Shown one piece after another: positions 1-12,600 of a stretch of DNA of 64,000 nucleotides. The DNA is taken from contig RSEE01000032.1 of NCBI GenBank assembly GCA_003971905.1, positions 620,001 through 684,000 of the forward strand. The letters are read 5' to 3'. The notes below the pieces were generated by a model. It made no database searches, was not told the DNA's origin, and saw nothing but the letters and a program-made list of their open reading frames with translations. Made by a program: the position numbers and the translations under genes. Source of the DNA: Moniliella sp. 'wahieum' (taxonomy: Eukaryota). Each line of letters starts with the position of its first letter. Positions within the stretch are counted from its first letter, which is position 1.

Positions 1-3000
1 GAAGCGCCAACCGTCCGCTTTATATAACCCCCCCCTCCCCATTCTCCCTCTAATGCGTTGCTTCCCCATTTGGCCTTACTTGTAAAAAATGCATGTAGTT
101 TTTGTGGTTTCCTTCCACGAACCATCTGGGCATCTCCACCTTCATCTGCGCCAATCCATTGGCGACTCCACAGTGGTCAATACATACGCTGTACACTCAA
201 CTCCTTGCCCCCTCTTACTCGCCTCCCATTACCCTAATATCTATCTCTCTTCTCAGCTTCCCTAACTCGGCTCTCATCAGTGCTTATCAGCCGCTCAGTG
301 TTCGGATTTCCGTATCCAAAATCCGTAGAGCTCTCAACCCTCCCGCTTGCCGTCTGAGCTCCAATCCCACAGGTTCACACTCCACCGTCCACAGAAGTTC
401 GCGTTGTCCCAACGTCATTGAACGCCTACTGTCATAGAGAGGTGAAGACTCAGCCTGAGTACTCTTCAGTACACTCTCAGTACTCATCGACATCACTCAT
501 CAGTACTCAGTGCTCATGCAGCTGATTCGACACTCGACGGTCATCGCAACTAGAGCTAATATTGACCCCAAACGCGTCGGTCGATGTTCGGCGTGTGGTC
601 CTCTTAGAAACATGAAGCCCCCGCGCCAATAATTAATAATGCTAGCTATAACATGGCGCTAACAGGAGTCCCATAGGCTCTTGATTGTAACTCAATATAT
701 TTGCTACACCATACCCTTTAATTTCCCAGTCCCAGGGGTGGCAAAAAGCCAGGTGAATCAGGACTCAGTGTACTCAGTCCAAAGGGTATTGGGGTCAGCC
801 AGTAGGGAAGGGATCATCGATCAGGCGTCAGGCACATCATCCGTTTGCGTCTGCACCGCCACACCGGCCCAACACGCCCACAAAAGCAGACGCGGAACAC
901 ATGACGCGTGATCGATGGTCGATGATCGTCTCCCATTTACTGACGCTTGCTCCAGCCTACATGACCGGTGACCGCGTGTAGGGGTGACCGGTGACCAGTG
1001 AGAAAAAAGCAGTGTGGCCTACAAACATTCAAAAGCCGACACTATATATCGTGTTAGATACATCTTAGGTTGGGCCAGGCGAGGCAAAACTGGCAATGCT
1101 TCGAGCTGCATGCCATACTCAAGGACGACGATCCACTTCTCTGACTTTTCTGTGGGGCTCTTAAGCTTTAAGCTTATTGAGTTTGACCGGTGACCGTCGT
1201 CGATCTTCCGTGGGTCAGCGCAGGCATATACTACAGGTCTGTGGGCACAAGAGCCTATACCACGCGCTAGAGCGTTATATCCGTCTAGCTTCAATAAAAG
1301 CTTTTTCAACGAAGATTAGCATCAAACAGCTTTTCTGGCGGATATGATTGATCTGACGCGCGACGCGCGTGAAGACGCCTCCCGTAGAAGACCAGAGAGC
1401 AGCCAGTTGATGGTATATTGCATTGCATATTTTGTGAGCTACACAGGCTAGAGAATATTCCCGCCCTCCAGGACGGAATATTGCAAGGAATGAACCCCAC
1501 GGTTCCAGGCTTGGGTACCGGCGCCACTAGACCAGCGTGATGTCACACGTACCTTTTGTACAGCGTGCACCAAGCCCTCTCATACGCCAACATCCATTGG
1601 ATTCCCGTGTGGTTTCGTTCGAATCATCGATCATCCTCTGTACATTCTCCTGGATTGGGCCGACGAAAACCGAACCCCTCCCCGTCTCATTTCCGGTCCG
1701 AGGGTTCCAGCGGCCGTACCTAAGGCCTAACCTCCCCCAGACCTAAAGAGCCTTTAAAATCGATTAAAGACCTGATCGAAGGCCTAACCCTTCCACCCCA
1801 CACCAGCCCCCTTTTCTTGTCTCCCCTATAGTAAAAAAAGCCTTAGGCCTAGCCCCCCCGCCCCCTGTGGGCAGTACTTGAGTACTCAGTACTCACTCAG
1901 TACTCAGCTGAGCCGCATGCGTCCACATCCTGTCAGGATGAGTTTTTGTCTCGCATTTCTAAGCCGGGTCTCAGTTCCTCAGCGCCTCTCAGTGGTGCAA
2001 TCTATGCATCAGGATCATCCATCCGTATTTGGCAGTCTGAGTCCCCACAGTATACTGATCTCAGTGCCCAAGACCATCCCCGACTGAGCGTCTCAAGCAT
2101 ATATGGCGTCTCCGGACAACACTATACTATGGAGGACTAGTCTTCTCTGCACCGCAACTCGAAAAGCGCAGGTGAGGGCTTACGCGCGCTTACGCTTACG
2201 AGAGATGGCTTCTACGGAGATATATCTTACAGAGAGATGGCTTACGGTGGCCACACATATGGCTGTTACCCGGTGGCTTGCTGGGATATGGCGTTTATAC
2301 ACGGCGGGGACTTCAGAGACGTTTTGTACGGTCGATGTGGAGCAGACGTGGTGCATAGCTGCATTTCAGGGCACCAATTTTGACCCCCTCCGTGACACAG
2401 GTATTGGATTGTGGCGCCGTAGGGAGTGGTGGGTATGGCGCGTATGTGAACTGGTCATTGCCGGTCTGAAGAAAAAAAGGAGAGGGCCAGCAGGCGCAGA
2501 GCGGCCACAGCGTGGCCGTGGTAACCGGTCCGGTAACCCGTGGTCCGTAACCGGTACCCCGGTCGCCAGGGGCCAGCGGCTGGTGATATATGATACCTGC
2601 CGACCTGGAGAAGCTGAGATCTGAGAACCACTGGTAACCGGTAACCGGTAATAAGCCGGTGACGGTTACTGGTTACCGGTTACTGTTACCATGGTATGGT
2701 ATGAAGGCGGTTGTTAACACGTGATGCATGACGCGTGACGCGTGACGCGAATCGCACGAAAGCCATTCTGCCCGTCTGTCGTGACGTGTCGCAGGATTAT
2801 CGATTAAGCGCGCATGAAGCTTGAAGCAAAGTGGTAGCCGGTAGCAGAGGTAGCCGATAGCTGTACGTTGATAGGTCTCGTGGCTTCCCCCCCGCCACAA
2901 GATCGGGGCGGTGGCAAAAAATCTTGAAGCTTGAGAGATCTCAGATGAGCTTGAGCGGATTGCTGTTGCTACATTGATATATTGATAGGCCAGGGATGCA

Positions 3001-4521
3001 CAAGGGCCTGGATCACCTCGATCACCTTAGGCCTTATATCCACTTTCTCTGTCACATGCTCACAACTGAGTCTCACAGCTCCCACATGTGGCATTTTCCT
3101 TGTCACCGGCTCTCCACAGGGGCACTTCTCTCTAGGCCAAAGGCCTAAGGCGTATAACCGGTAACCGTACGTTAACCGGCAACCACGTCCCCTAGTTCGG
3201 GTGACGCGTGACGCTAGGGAGGCCCGTGGCCAGTGCATGTGACATGTGAGGGTGAGGGCTCGGCCTGAGCGCCCCTGAGCCGCTGAGCTCAGCCTGAGCG
3301 CTGAGCCTCAGGCCCTGACCGTGAGCCTCAGGCCGGTCAGGGCCTGAGGGGGTGGCAGGGGTACCCCGTGACGCGTGAAGGCCTCAGGGCCCCAGGGAAG
3401 CCTGTGACTGTGTGACATGTGAGGTGTGAACATGTGACATGTGACATGTGAAGCTTGGAGCTAGAAGCTGTGAAGCTTTTGAAGAGGGCATTCCCGCCTG
3501 AGGCCTGAGGCCTGACCGGCACCGGTCGTCATGCGGTCACGGTGGGCCAGTCTCACCTGAGTCTCATGCCTAAGGCCTAAGGCCTAACCCGGACCGGTCT
3601 TCAAGCTTCAAGCTTCAAGCTTCACTGTATATAGCTTCACTGAGTACTGAGCGCACTCAGTGAGCCACTGAGGCCTGAGGAAAACACTGACCGTCTCGCT
3701 GCAGCAAATTTTGGTGCCCCAGTTTCTCTCAAAATTCTCAGTGACCGGCAAGCCCCTAGCTGTTGTGCAGAAGCTATACCATTAAAGGGGAGAGAGGAGA
3801 TACAATGACCATTGTTGAGTTGAGATACGGGATCCCAAAAGTCAACATAGAATACAAATGACAATGGATACAAACATAGAACGCGAAGAAAGGAGGACGG
3901 AGACGGCTCCGAGTACTGTGGGCGCGAGTGGCTGATCGGTCCGGATCGCATAAGCACTATATGTGCAAGACGCACAGCATAGAGCGCGCTGGATTGTTAT
4001 ACGCGGCGTAAAATCTAAGATGGAACTGGTCAAAGTGAGCCAGTGACTGTGATCGAGGAAGTCCTGGGACCAGACACAGGGAACTGGGAGCAAGAGCCCT
4101 GGGAGGTTAAGGTCTTAAGGCGCTTAGGCCTTAGGGCTGATGCGCTGATGAGCTGATCTAGCGCTGATACCCCTAGAATTTGTGAACGCGTCAAGGGGCT
4201 ACAGAGAGGGCCTTTAGTTCGAGGTACGTGCCCCTCACTTGCGCTCTCCAAGGACTTACACGAGGGGAGCGCCTGGAAATCGCCCCGCCGTACATCACAT
4301 TCGTCACAGTCCCAACAGGTTGGGGATATGCTGCATGTTCGGCAGACCTCTCCATAAGCGCACATGCAAACGTTCACATGTATACCGGCGTCAGCGCTGT
4401 GCTTAGGCTGAGCCGCTCTGGGGCATGATGAAGCCTCAGCCTGAGGCCTGAGGCGCAGCGTTCGTTTGTATCCACCCATGCAACATTCTGTTTGGAAGTG
4501 AGTAGAGGGAGCCACTGGAGA

Positions 4522-4628
4522 GTTCTGTTCTGTTCTGTTCTGTTCTGTTCTGTTCTGTTCTGTTCTGTTCTGTTCTGTTCTGTTCTGTCTTTCTGTTCTG
4601 TCTGTTCTGTTCTGTTTGTCTGTTCTGT
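4522..4628. repeat. (GTTCT)n pentanucleotide microsatellite
   Basis: 13 perfect GTTCT units at 4522-4586, then degenerate units. Confidence 0.97.
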
Positions 4629-7342
4629 CCTGCTGGCGACTCTCTACTGTGGCCTCTTAAGTGGGATGGGCAAAAGAGCAGGAAGCACAGGCCGGATGAG
4701 CGAAGATCGACCGGCGCTCAACAATCCGGGTATTGTAGGTGAAATGTTTTTTTGTCCGTGATAAAGCAACAGCAACATGGTGCAGAGATGCTCCAGGATG
4801 CACCCCTTCCTACAAGACAGAGAGACGGATGATCGATGAGTCGATGAGGGCGAAAGGCCTGTTTTTGACATGATATGCATCACCGCCACGTCTCTCACTT
4901 TCAAGCTTCAAGCTTCATGCCATGCTAGAAACCATGGCTCCTTAGGCCTTGGGGTTTGTTCATAAAAAGTGAGGCCGGTGAGCCGGTGAGGCCTGAGGCT
5001 CAGGCCCCTGAGGCCCTGAGGGCTAACTGGTAACCGGGTAAGGGCTATCACCTCATGGCCACGGAAATGCCGCATAGCTTCCGTCCTAGCCCACCCTGAC
5101 TCTCACTGTTTATTGCACCGTGGACGGAGAAGAGAAATTGGACCACCACACCTATAATAGGCTTTTTATTTTATCTCCTGAGAGATGCGGTACGTTATTC
5201 TTCCCGTTGATCGCTGTGGCAGTGGACACCGGAATGCGGAAGGAGAGATGAACGAGTGACAAAAGTGATATAGGATGTCAAACACCTTGTCAGAATGGAC
5301 AGATGCCCCGTAGAATGTGGAGGGTCCAGCAGGGTCGTGCCCTGTCGAGCTTCGACGTTGAACGAAACTGGCAGTTGTGAATTCGAATAAGCATAGACGG
5401 TGGGTGCAGTATAGACGCGGCGGGTTCGATTAGATAGCACGTAAGGTTTTGTGCATTCAGCCTGAGGCCTGAGAGGCCTTAAATTCTTAAAGCTCTTAAG
5501 AAGAGATGCTTGGCGCTTACCCCATGTGATCGTTTGATCGAACGCCTATACACATCATGATCATGATGCCCTGAGGGCCATTCAGGCTCCAGGAGTGCTT
5601 GCTCAATTTTCATTTACGTCTATTCCGTTCCGTGGGGCCCACGTCAAAACCGACTACAAAGAAGGGCGAGCAGAGAGGGTCCTCTGACTCTTGCATGTGG
5701 CTAACTGTCATTGTACGAAAAAATGAGGAGGCAGACAAAGAGATTGCCGAAATGTCCGCGTACGAAGACGACGGCTGTTGTGAAAAGGTTGCAATACAAA
5801 CTCGCCATGCTGTGGAGATCAATGCGGAAATGCAACCCTTAGAGCGACAAGCTGAAGATCCCCTGCAGTGCCAGAACAGTAGGGCCCGGCATCAGGCGCC
5901 CGTGGGTCTCCGCGGGGGGGCACCAAAGGGGGACCACATCCTCTGCTTGACGTTTATAAATTCTAAGTTATACAGGGAAGAGGGCAATCGAGTATCCCGG
6001 TACGCACACCGAATTGCGCACGGACAGAGGAAAACACGGTCTACAGGCAGTCACCAGTATCACTTCATCTCACTACCGCAACTGAGGTACGGCCTACGGA
6101 GTACTGATGGCATCAAGTCACTCGCGTCACGCGCCACTAGCCACTACACTGGACCAGTCAGCTACTGAGTCGACAGGGGTCGACTGGTCGGCCATGATGC
6201 ATGATGCATGCGCATGGTGCATGTTGGATGTTGCCACATCCCCGAATTACTCGTTACTAGTTACTAGTTACTTGTCACCATGTCCCCGCGTCACATATAG
6301 TCATTAGCCATTGCAGTCACGCAGAGCCACCGTGTGCCACACCGATTGGCAAAAAGCTCTTGTTGCTTCTCAATACCCAGTTCTGCATCCCGTACTTTTT
6401 GCTCTTCCCTTTCCCATTTGCTTCGGTTCCATCCTCCATGCCTCTTGTGTCCTCCCACGAACGATCTTACCATTTTCCTTTTTTCTGACAGGAACTTGGT
6501 CTCCCTCGCCTATTCGTCCTAGCCCCGACTGTTACACAGTGACTTGTGACTGATAGTCATTATCACTATAGTCAGTATGAACCTGGTCGCCGACCACTAG
6601 TCACTAGTAGGTCACTCGCCACCGGCCATCTACGATATACACGCACAGAAGAAGACGAGGCACTGAGAGTACTCTGTCCTGCGTAATTTCGAGTACTGAG
6701 TTTCTGAGATCTGAAGCGTGAAGCTTGAAGCTTGAAGCTTGAAGTGGTTGTGGTGTCCATTGGAAAAATCGGCGTTTCCGCTGTAGGTGTTTTTCGCCAT
6801 CGACTTACAATGGGTATGAGTACAAGAGATCGGTGAGATCGATGAGGCCGGTCACTAGGTCACTGGTCACCGGTCAGGCCCTCTGCCCTTCTGAGGCTGA
6901 GCTCCCTCAGCGCCTCAGCGCCAGCCTGCGAGGATGGATTTTAACGTTGACGTTCATTGTCTTCAGATATTTGACCTAGTTATCATTATACTGAGTACGA
7001 GTGCCGCGTATTGAGTACTGTGTATTAGTAGTGACTATAAGGAGTACTGAGTTGAGTTACCTTGAACATTGAGTACTGAGTGTACTGAGTCTCGGAGTAC
7101 CGAGTACCTACTCAGTAGGAAGTAGCTCTGTTGGACTACAGATGGCTCTCCAAAGGGGCCCGTCTGGGGTTGCTGACGTTACTGGCTGCTGCGTCTGGCC
7201 AGCCTAGGCAAGCGTGAAGCTTTCTTTGCTTGAAATTCTGGAATGCTGTGGTAAGCGCCAGGGGCGGCAAGTGCGCCCGCAGTACGAGAGCAAGAAGGGT
7301 TCCCGGCTCCCAGACCCCGGGTCTTGTCTTTTGGCCCCACTC

Positions 7343-7404
7343 GAACCCGGCGAGCTGGCCCAAGAACCCGGTGAACTGGCCCAAGAACCCGGCGAACTGG
7401 CCCA
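7343..7404 (+). repeat. 21-bp tandem repeat x3 (reads EPGELAQ on +)
   Basis: GAACCCGGCGAGCTGGCCCAA / GAACCCGGTGAACTGGCCCAA / GAACCCGGCGAACTGGCCCA. Confidence 0.9.
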
Positions 7405-8725
7405 GGCATGCTTGCTGCAGTGCCCTACCATCTGAGATCTGAGAGAGCATGCTTCGCCTATTCCACGTGAAACGTTGAACGCAATTAGAAATCCCTACAT
7501 CCCTATATGCAGTCCCTGGTCAATGGAACGCGGGGGCGGCAGCGCGGGGCCGCATAGGCGGGTGCCAGACCTGTGGGTGTGGTTGGACGCTGGCAGCCCT
7601 TCGTCCAGGGGCCGAGCACTGTCCGACGTGTCCTCCTTGACCGCTTGCCTCCCCGCCACGCACCCTGGGCTGCTTGAGCGCGATGAAACTCAGCTTGGCC
7701 GGTGGAGGAATGCCGGCGAGGTGGGAGACAATCAGCGCAAAAGCCATGCTCACGCGCTTGCCCTAGGGAGGCCTCAGGGCCTCACGAGAGGCACTGCTCG
7801 TCCTAGTCACTGGTTATCGTTACCGGTTACCGGTTACCGGCTACTAGTTACTTATTACTAGTCGCTAAGCACTATATGCACCTTAGCCACTGGTCACTGT
7901 GACATGTGACGCGTGACAAGGACACTGGTGCCGGCCAGTATCAGCAGGTCACTTGCAGTGACTAGTGACTGGGGCCGCAGCCTCATATCTCAGACCGCAG
8001 GCGTCACAGTCACAGACTCCAGGCGCGCCCAGACCGATGCATGATGCCTTGTCACACGTCCCTCGGGTGCGGCCCATCGCCTCCGCTGCGCGCTGCGCTG
8101 CTGCGGCTGAGGCGCGCCGCTGGGCGCCAATACGCGTAAGCGCGTAAGCTCTCGCCAGCCCTGCAGCACGCCAGCAGGCCTGCCCCGGCCAACCGGCACC
8201 TGCACCAGTGCATCCCATCCCAAGCGCCCCCGTGCATGGCGCATGGCGCAGGATGCATGGGCTGAGGCCGTGGTTAAACGGTAAGTATGTTAAACGTTAA
8301 CGAAGGGTGGTGCGTGACAGAATCACACACCACGCATCACGCGTCGCATGGTGCATGTTCGTCACATACAGGCGTCACCCGTGCCGCCCATCACGCGTTG
8401 CGCCGGGATGGTCGACGGCCTCGGCTGGCTGGCGGGCGAGGGGACGACAGAGGACGCAGCTGGGCAACCGGCCTCGCTGGCTCCCAGCAGACCCCCCACC
8501 GCCACCGCCACCCCCTCTCCTCTCCGCCGCCCTCCGCAGCCCCGTTGCTCTCGACTGGATCGATCCATCCGCCGTTCTTCAGCCCTCCCTCCTCCCCTCC
8601 CCCTCTCTCCCCCCCCTGCTGGCAGCCGGCCGCTCATTTATACACGAAGCGCCTGCTGCTCCCCCCCCCCCCCCCATCCCCGTTCTCCTCCCCTAACCCG
8701 TCCGTCCTGCCCCTCGAGGCTGGCA

Positions 8726-11278
8726 ATGCCCGACACCTGCACCAACACAGCCACGCTCGACCCATCCCTTGCTGTTGCTGCTTCGTCGGCATCTCTGTCT
8801 GCCGCTTCCGTGGCTGTTCCCGCTATCATGAACACCAGTTCTCCTCGTACTGGCAGCTATGCTGCCGCCTCCTCTGGTGCGCCCAGCAGCCGTGCCCGCA
8901 CCAACGCTCCCGACCCCACCTCCACCTCCTCCGCGCCCTTTCCCGCCGCCTTTGATCCCTGGCCTTCCCACTCGTGGTCCTCCTCTGCCAATCCCCCCCC
9001 TGCCGTGCCCAAGCCCCCCCACCCCTCCCTCTTCCGGCCGTTGCAATCGGCGATGCCAGACGCAGATGCCATGGGCATGTGGACCATCCGCTCTTGGTCC
9101 GACTCCTTCCCATCTGCTTCGCCTCCTACCTCGGCCTCCGTCCCTGCCCTCGACGGAAGCAGTCCCGAGACGGCGGACCGCTTGCTACCTACCCCCCAGA
9201 CCTCGGTCGACCCCTCTACCTCTCCTCCTCGCTCCCCCAGCGTCTTATGATCCCTCGCTGAAACGAACCAATCCTTCCCCCCTCCCTGATCCTGGGCAAT
9301 GCACCCCATTGCAACGCCACATGTCAATGGCGAGCACTGCCCAAACGTCCAACCCCACCTCCCGCACCAGCGACCTTCTTCTCGACCAGCCCATCTCCCC
9401 CCACCGCGGCCCCTTTTCTCAACAAAAGCCCCAGCCATCCATGGGATCCTTTGACTTACCCCTTCTGCCTTTGGCCCAGGCACATTTTCCTCCTTTCCAC
9501 CTCCATCTCAGTCGGCCGCCGTCCCGTCCCAGGCTCAGTCTCCGTCGCAGGCGCAGTCCCCCTGGCAGTCTCAGACCCAACTGCCAGGAGCATGGGCCAG
9601 CCTGGAAAGTCGGTTTTCTGACCCAGGCCCTATGCCCTATCTGCATGGCTCTGGGTCGCTCTCTCCAACCGTTGGTTCACTAGGTGCCCCGCCGCCACAA
9701 TGGTCCAAGCCTTCAACCGACAACTTTGCCCCTTCCTCCATAGGAGGGATTGCCGAATACCCTTCGGCTCCCGTCTGGCCAGAGTCGCCTTCGCAAATGG
9801 CCCTGCCTCAGGCGGATGTCGACCCGTCATCCCGTTCGCCCTCCTTCCAGATCACAGCCTCGGGCGGCGTGGTAAAGGGTGCCACTTTTCTCTCTCGCAA
9901 CGTCCTTCCGCCCTCGGCGTTGGGCGCGCACGCTGCTTCCCACCCGCCGGGATTAGGTTCTCGCGTCCTGCGTCCTGGTTCAGCAATGGGCAGTGGGATC
10001 AGTATGGGTGGGATGCACGGTCGTTCGGAAACGCAATCCATGGCCTATGGTGGTGCGGCGACCGCCGCTGCAGCGACCGACTTTACCAAGCGCAAGGGCT
10101 GGCCCCTCCGTGTGGTGGAGGAGCTGATTGATTTTGTTCATGTGCTCGATCCCAAAGGCACCATCTTGTTTGCCTCGCCTAGCATTGTGGACTTGACGGG
10201 ATGGAAGCCTGAGGAGCTCAGGGGGCTCAAGTTGATGGATGTAAGTACTCGGTTCGCTTTTGCCTTCACGTTGCCAATGAGAGGATGGGAGTAAGCTGAC
10301 CATTTTCAATTTTGTGCTCGTTATCCCTTGTTGCAGTTTGTTCACCCCGACGACGCCCAAGCGGTCACGGAGCATCTGGACCCGACCAGCCAAGTGCCTG
10401 GCGCAGACGTGATTATGTACATGCGCTTCCGGTGCAAGCCGGATAAGAACAAGAAGGCCGGACGGGAGGGGGATACCTCTTCCGTCGGCGATTCTTCCTC
10501 CACCCCCTCCTCTACCAGCGAGAGGGGCAAGCAGACCAATAAGCGCAAGACGACCGGCCCAACGCAGGTAGGCCGCGTGATAGCCAACAATGTTCCCTAT
10601 GTCGTGTTTGAGTTTACGGCTCATCCCTACTTTCCCCCCGCTGAGCTTGCTGACCTGGCCAAGGAGCGGGCACGGAGGCATGCAGCCAAGAAGGGCGCTT
10701 CTCCGCGCGTGACTCAAGGAGGCCTCCCTGGCACGCCCATTGACGACGACAATGCAGCATCCGAGCGACAGGAAGGGGAGGAAAATGCGCTGCAATGTTT
10801 CTTCTGTTCGTCCCGTGTCCACCCTACCCCCAACATATCCATCCTTGATTCCTTCCTCGAGCTCAAAGTGGAGAATGAGCGGCTGCGGCTGATGCTGCAA
10901 AAGCTGAATATGGAGGAAGAGGCGGAACTGCCTTCCCCGCAGGCGTCCTCTCGTCTTCCTCGTCCCGAAAGTAGCGAGGAAGACCACAAACACAAGAAGA
11001 AGAAGCTGATCAAGGACGAAGGGGACCATGTCTGTGCCGATTGTGGGCGCGTGGATTCGCCCGAATGGCGCAAGGGCCCGCTTGGACCCAAAACGCTATG
11101 CAACGCATGTGGCTTGCGGTGGGCCAAACGGATCAAACGGCATGGCGGTGACCCCAACGCAGCCGCGGTCGCGTTCCATCAACAAGCTTCGGCCGCTGCA
11201 CAGCAAGCGGCAGCCGAGGCTACTGCCAACGCATTCACCTCGACGCCAGGCATGGACTTTCTCCTGCCCAAATCCTAA
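8726..11278 (+). CDS. wc-2: White collar-2-like PAS + GATA zinc-finger transcription factor
   Basis: PAS signature [36 protein letters not shown]...FVHPDD; coiled coil [20 protein letters not shown] finger [32 protein letters not shown]. Intron 10241-10336 (GTAAGT, GCTGAC, TTGCAG). The low-complexity N-terminus is frameshifted and the start ATG at 8726 is tentative. Confidence 0.93.
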
Positions 11279-11770
11279 TCCCCTCCCCACCGACCGATGT
11301 TCGTTGCTGATATATGATATCTCTTCCTTGCCCGGCCGACTCTATCTATCTGTGTCCCCGCACTTGCTCCTTCCCTCTTCTTTTCTGTTTTTTTTTTCCT
11401 TTTGGCCTGTTCCTGTCCCTGTCCCTGCCTTCATCCGCTTCACCCCTCCCCCTTTCTCACCTTTTCTCTCTCCCTTTCTCTACGGTATGCGAAGCAGCGT
11501 TGTCCTGCCTCAAGCTCTACTCTCGTCTCGCTCTAACGCCCTGAAATAGTTATACATGTACCGCCTTACCGCCTCGCATTGAACTCGGTCCCCCTCTCCC
11601 AGGCTGGGCCCATTTATAGCGACTACTTTTCCCCATTCTAAGACTACGACCCCCCTCCCACTGCTTGTCGTGTGTGAGCGTGGAGGCAATTGTATACAAG
11701 CCGGGCCAGAAACGTTGAGCGCTCATGTGCGCCCTAGCCAATGAAAAAATTACTTCTGCACCATCAACCA

Positions 11771-12256
11771 ATGAAGAAAGTATACCTCTTCGTCCTTGGC
11801 CGTGTTTGCGAAGTGTTGGAAGCCAATCACAGTGGCACCTTGTGGTTCCTACATGGAAAGCGTATATTGGGCCGAAAGCTATAGGGGTTTCCTTATATTC
11901 TTGGCTGGGCCGGGTGGCAATCCCGGCGTAGTGTTAGTGTGCCCCCATCAGACAGCTAGTCCCGATTCCTGAAGAATGGACTGCACCACGTTTGAACACA
12001 GTACGAGCACGAACTCATCTTCTACTACACATATATAGGCATTGACGTAGCTCTCGATGAATAGGGCTATACTGTCGAAGGAAAAGGTCTTATTTCTCAA
12101 GGAGAGACGATGCACAAAAAGATCCCTCGATTTTCCCATCACGTACAACCATACTCCCGATATACTCTATTGGCCTGCCTCAAGCCCGAGTCTGGGAGGG
12201 GTATATGCTACAGTGCAAATGTAGAGGGACCCTTGTCGCTGCCCTGCGCTCTTTGA
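11771..12256 (+). pseudogene. Possible decayed coding relic, loosely resembling an IS630/Tc1-type transposase
   Basis: One frame with four internal stops: MKKVYLF...EVLEANHSGTLWFL...GWQSRRSVSVPP...IDVALDE*GY...RYTLLACL...NVEGP. Resemblance judged by eye only. Confidence 0.22.
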
Positions 12257-12510
12257 ATCTGCGGCCGTGGGGAACTGGAACTCCCGTCTGCACCCCTAAG
12301 GCCTAAGACCTTCTCCTCGCTCTTTCTCTCTGTTGGGCCACGACGTGTGTGGAGCGACTCGGTCTCGTTTTTATGTCCTCTTTCGACAGACGGAGAGGGT
12401 TGATGGGCCCGGGACGGGCCCCTCTCTATCTCACTCTTCCCTGTCTCTTGACCCCCATAAGGGGATACGCCATCGAAGCTCATCGCGAGATTCACGTCAC
12501 TGCCCGCGAT

Positions 12511-12600
12511 CCAAGATCTCCCAGCTCCACAAGATCCAACATTCACAAGATCCAAGATCTCCAAGATCTCCGAGATCCACCAGATCCAAGATCCAAGTTC
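12511..12600. repeat. Degenerate CCAAGAT/CCAAGATCT tandem repeat
   Basis: ccaagatctc...aagatccaac...aagatccaagatctccaagatctccgagatccaccagatccaagatccaag. Confidence 0.8.

Larger units (their letters stand above)
1..8300. other. Long gene-poor region upstream of wc-2, dense in 7-nt-period palindromic arrays
   Basis: No ORF resembles a known protein; visibly less GC-rich than the genes. Arrays include AGTACT-C x2 (1881-1894), ACCGGT-A x2 (2637-2650), AGGCCT x2 (3501-3514, 3573-3586), AAGCTT-C x3 (3603-3623), AAGCTT-G x3 (6721-6741). Confidence 0.75.

Noticed and set aside
733..750. CAGGGGTGGCAAAAAGCC resembling a hAT terminal inverted repeat
   Set aside because: I found no matching inverted partner or 8-bp target-site duplication in the window.
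3400..3660. Synthetic polylinker or vector contamination (many HindIII, StuI, ScaI, AgeI, MluI-type sites)
   Set aside because: Sites are tandemly repeated, degenerate and spread through native intergenic DNA across the window; there is no vector backbone.
5195..6168. ORFs 5195-5440 (-) and 5599-6168 (+) as genes
   Set aside because: No recognisable motifs or splice structure; they may be decayed relics but cannot be supported.
7343..7404. CRISPR-like array
   Set aside because: Repeats are directly adjacent with no unique spacers, the context is eukaryotic, and no cas genes are present.
9980..11029. 349-aa antisense ORF and the many other long overlapping ORFs in GC-rich genes
   Set aside because: Shadow ORFs are expected from high GC and codon bias opposite real genes; no recognisable domains.
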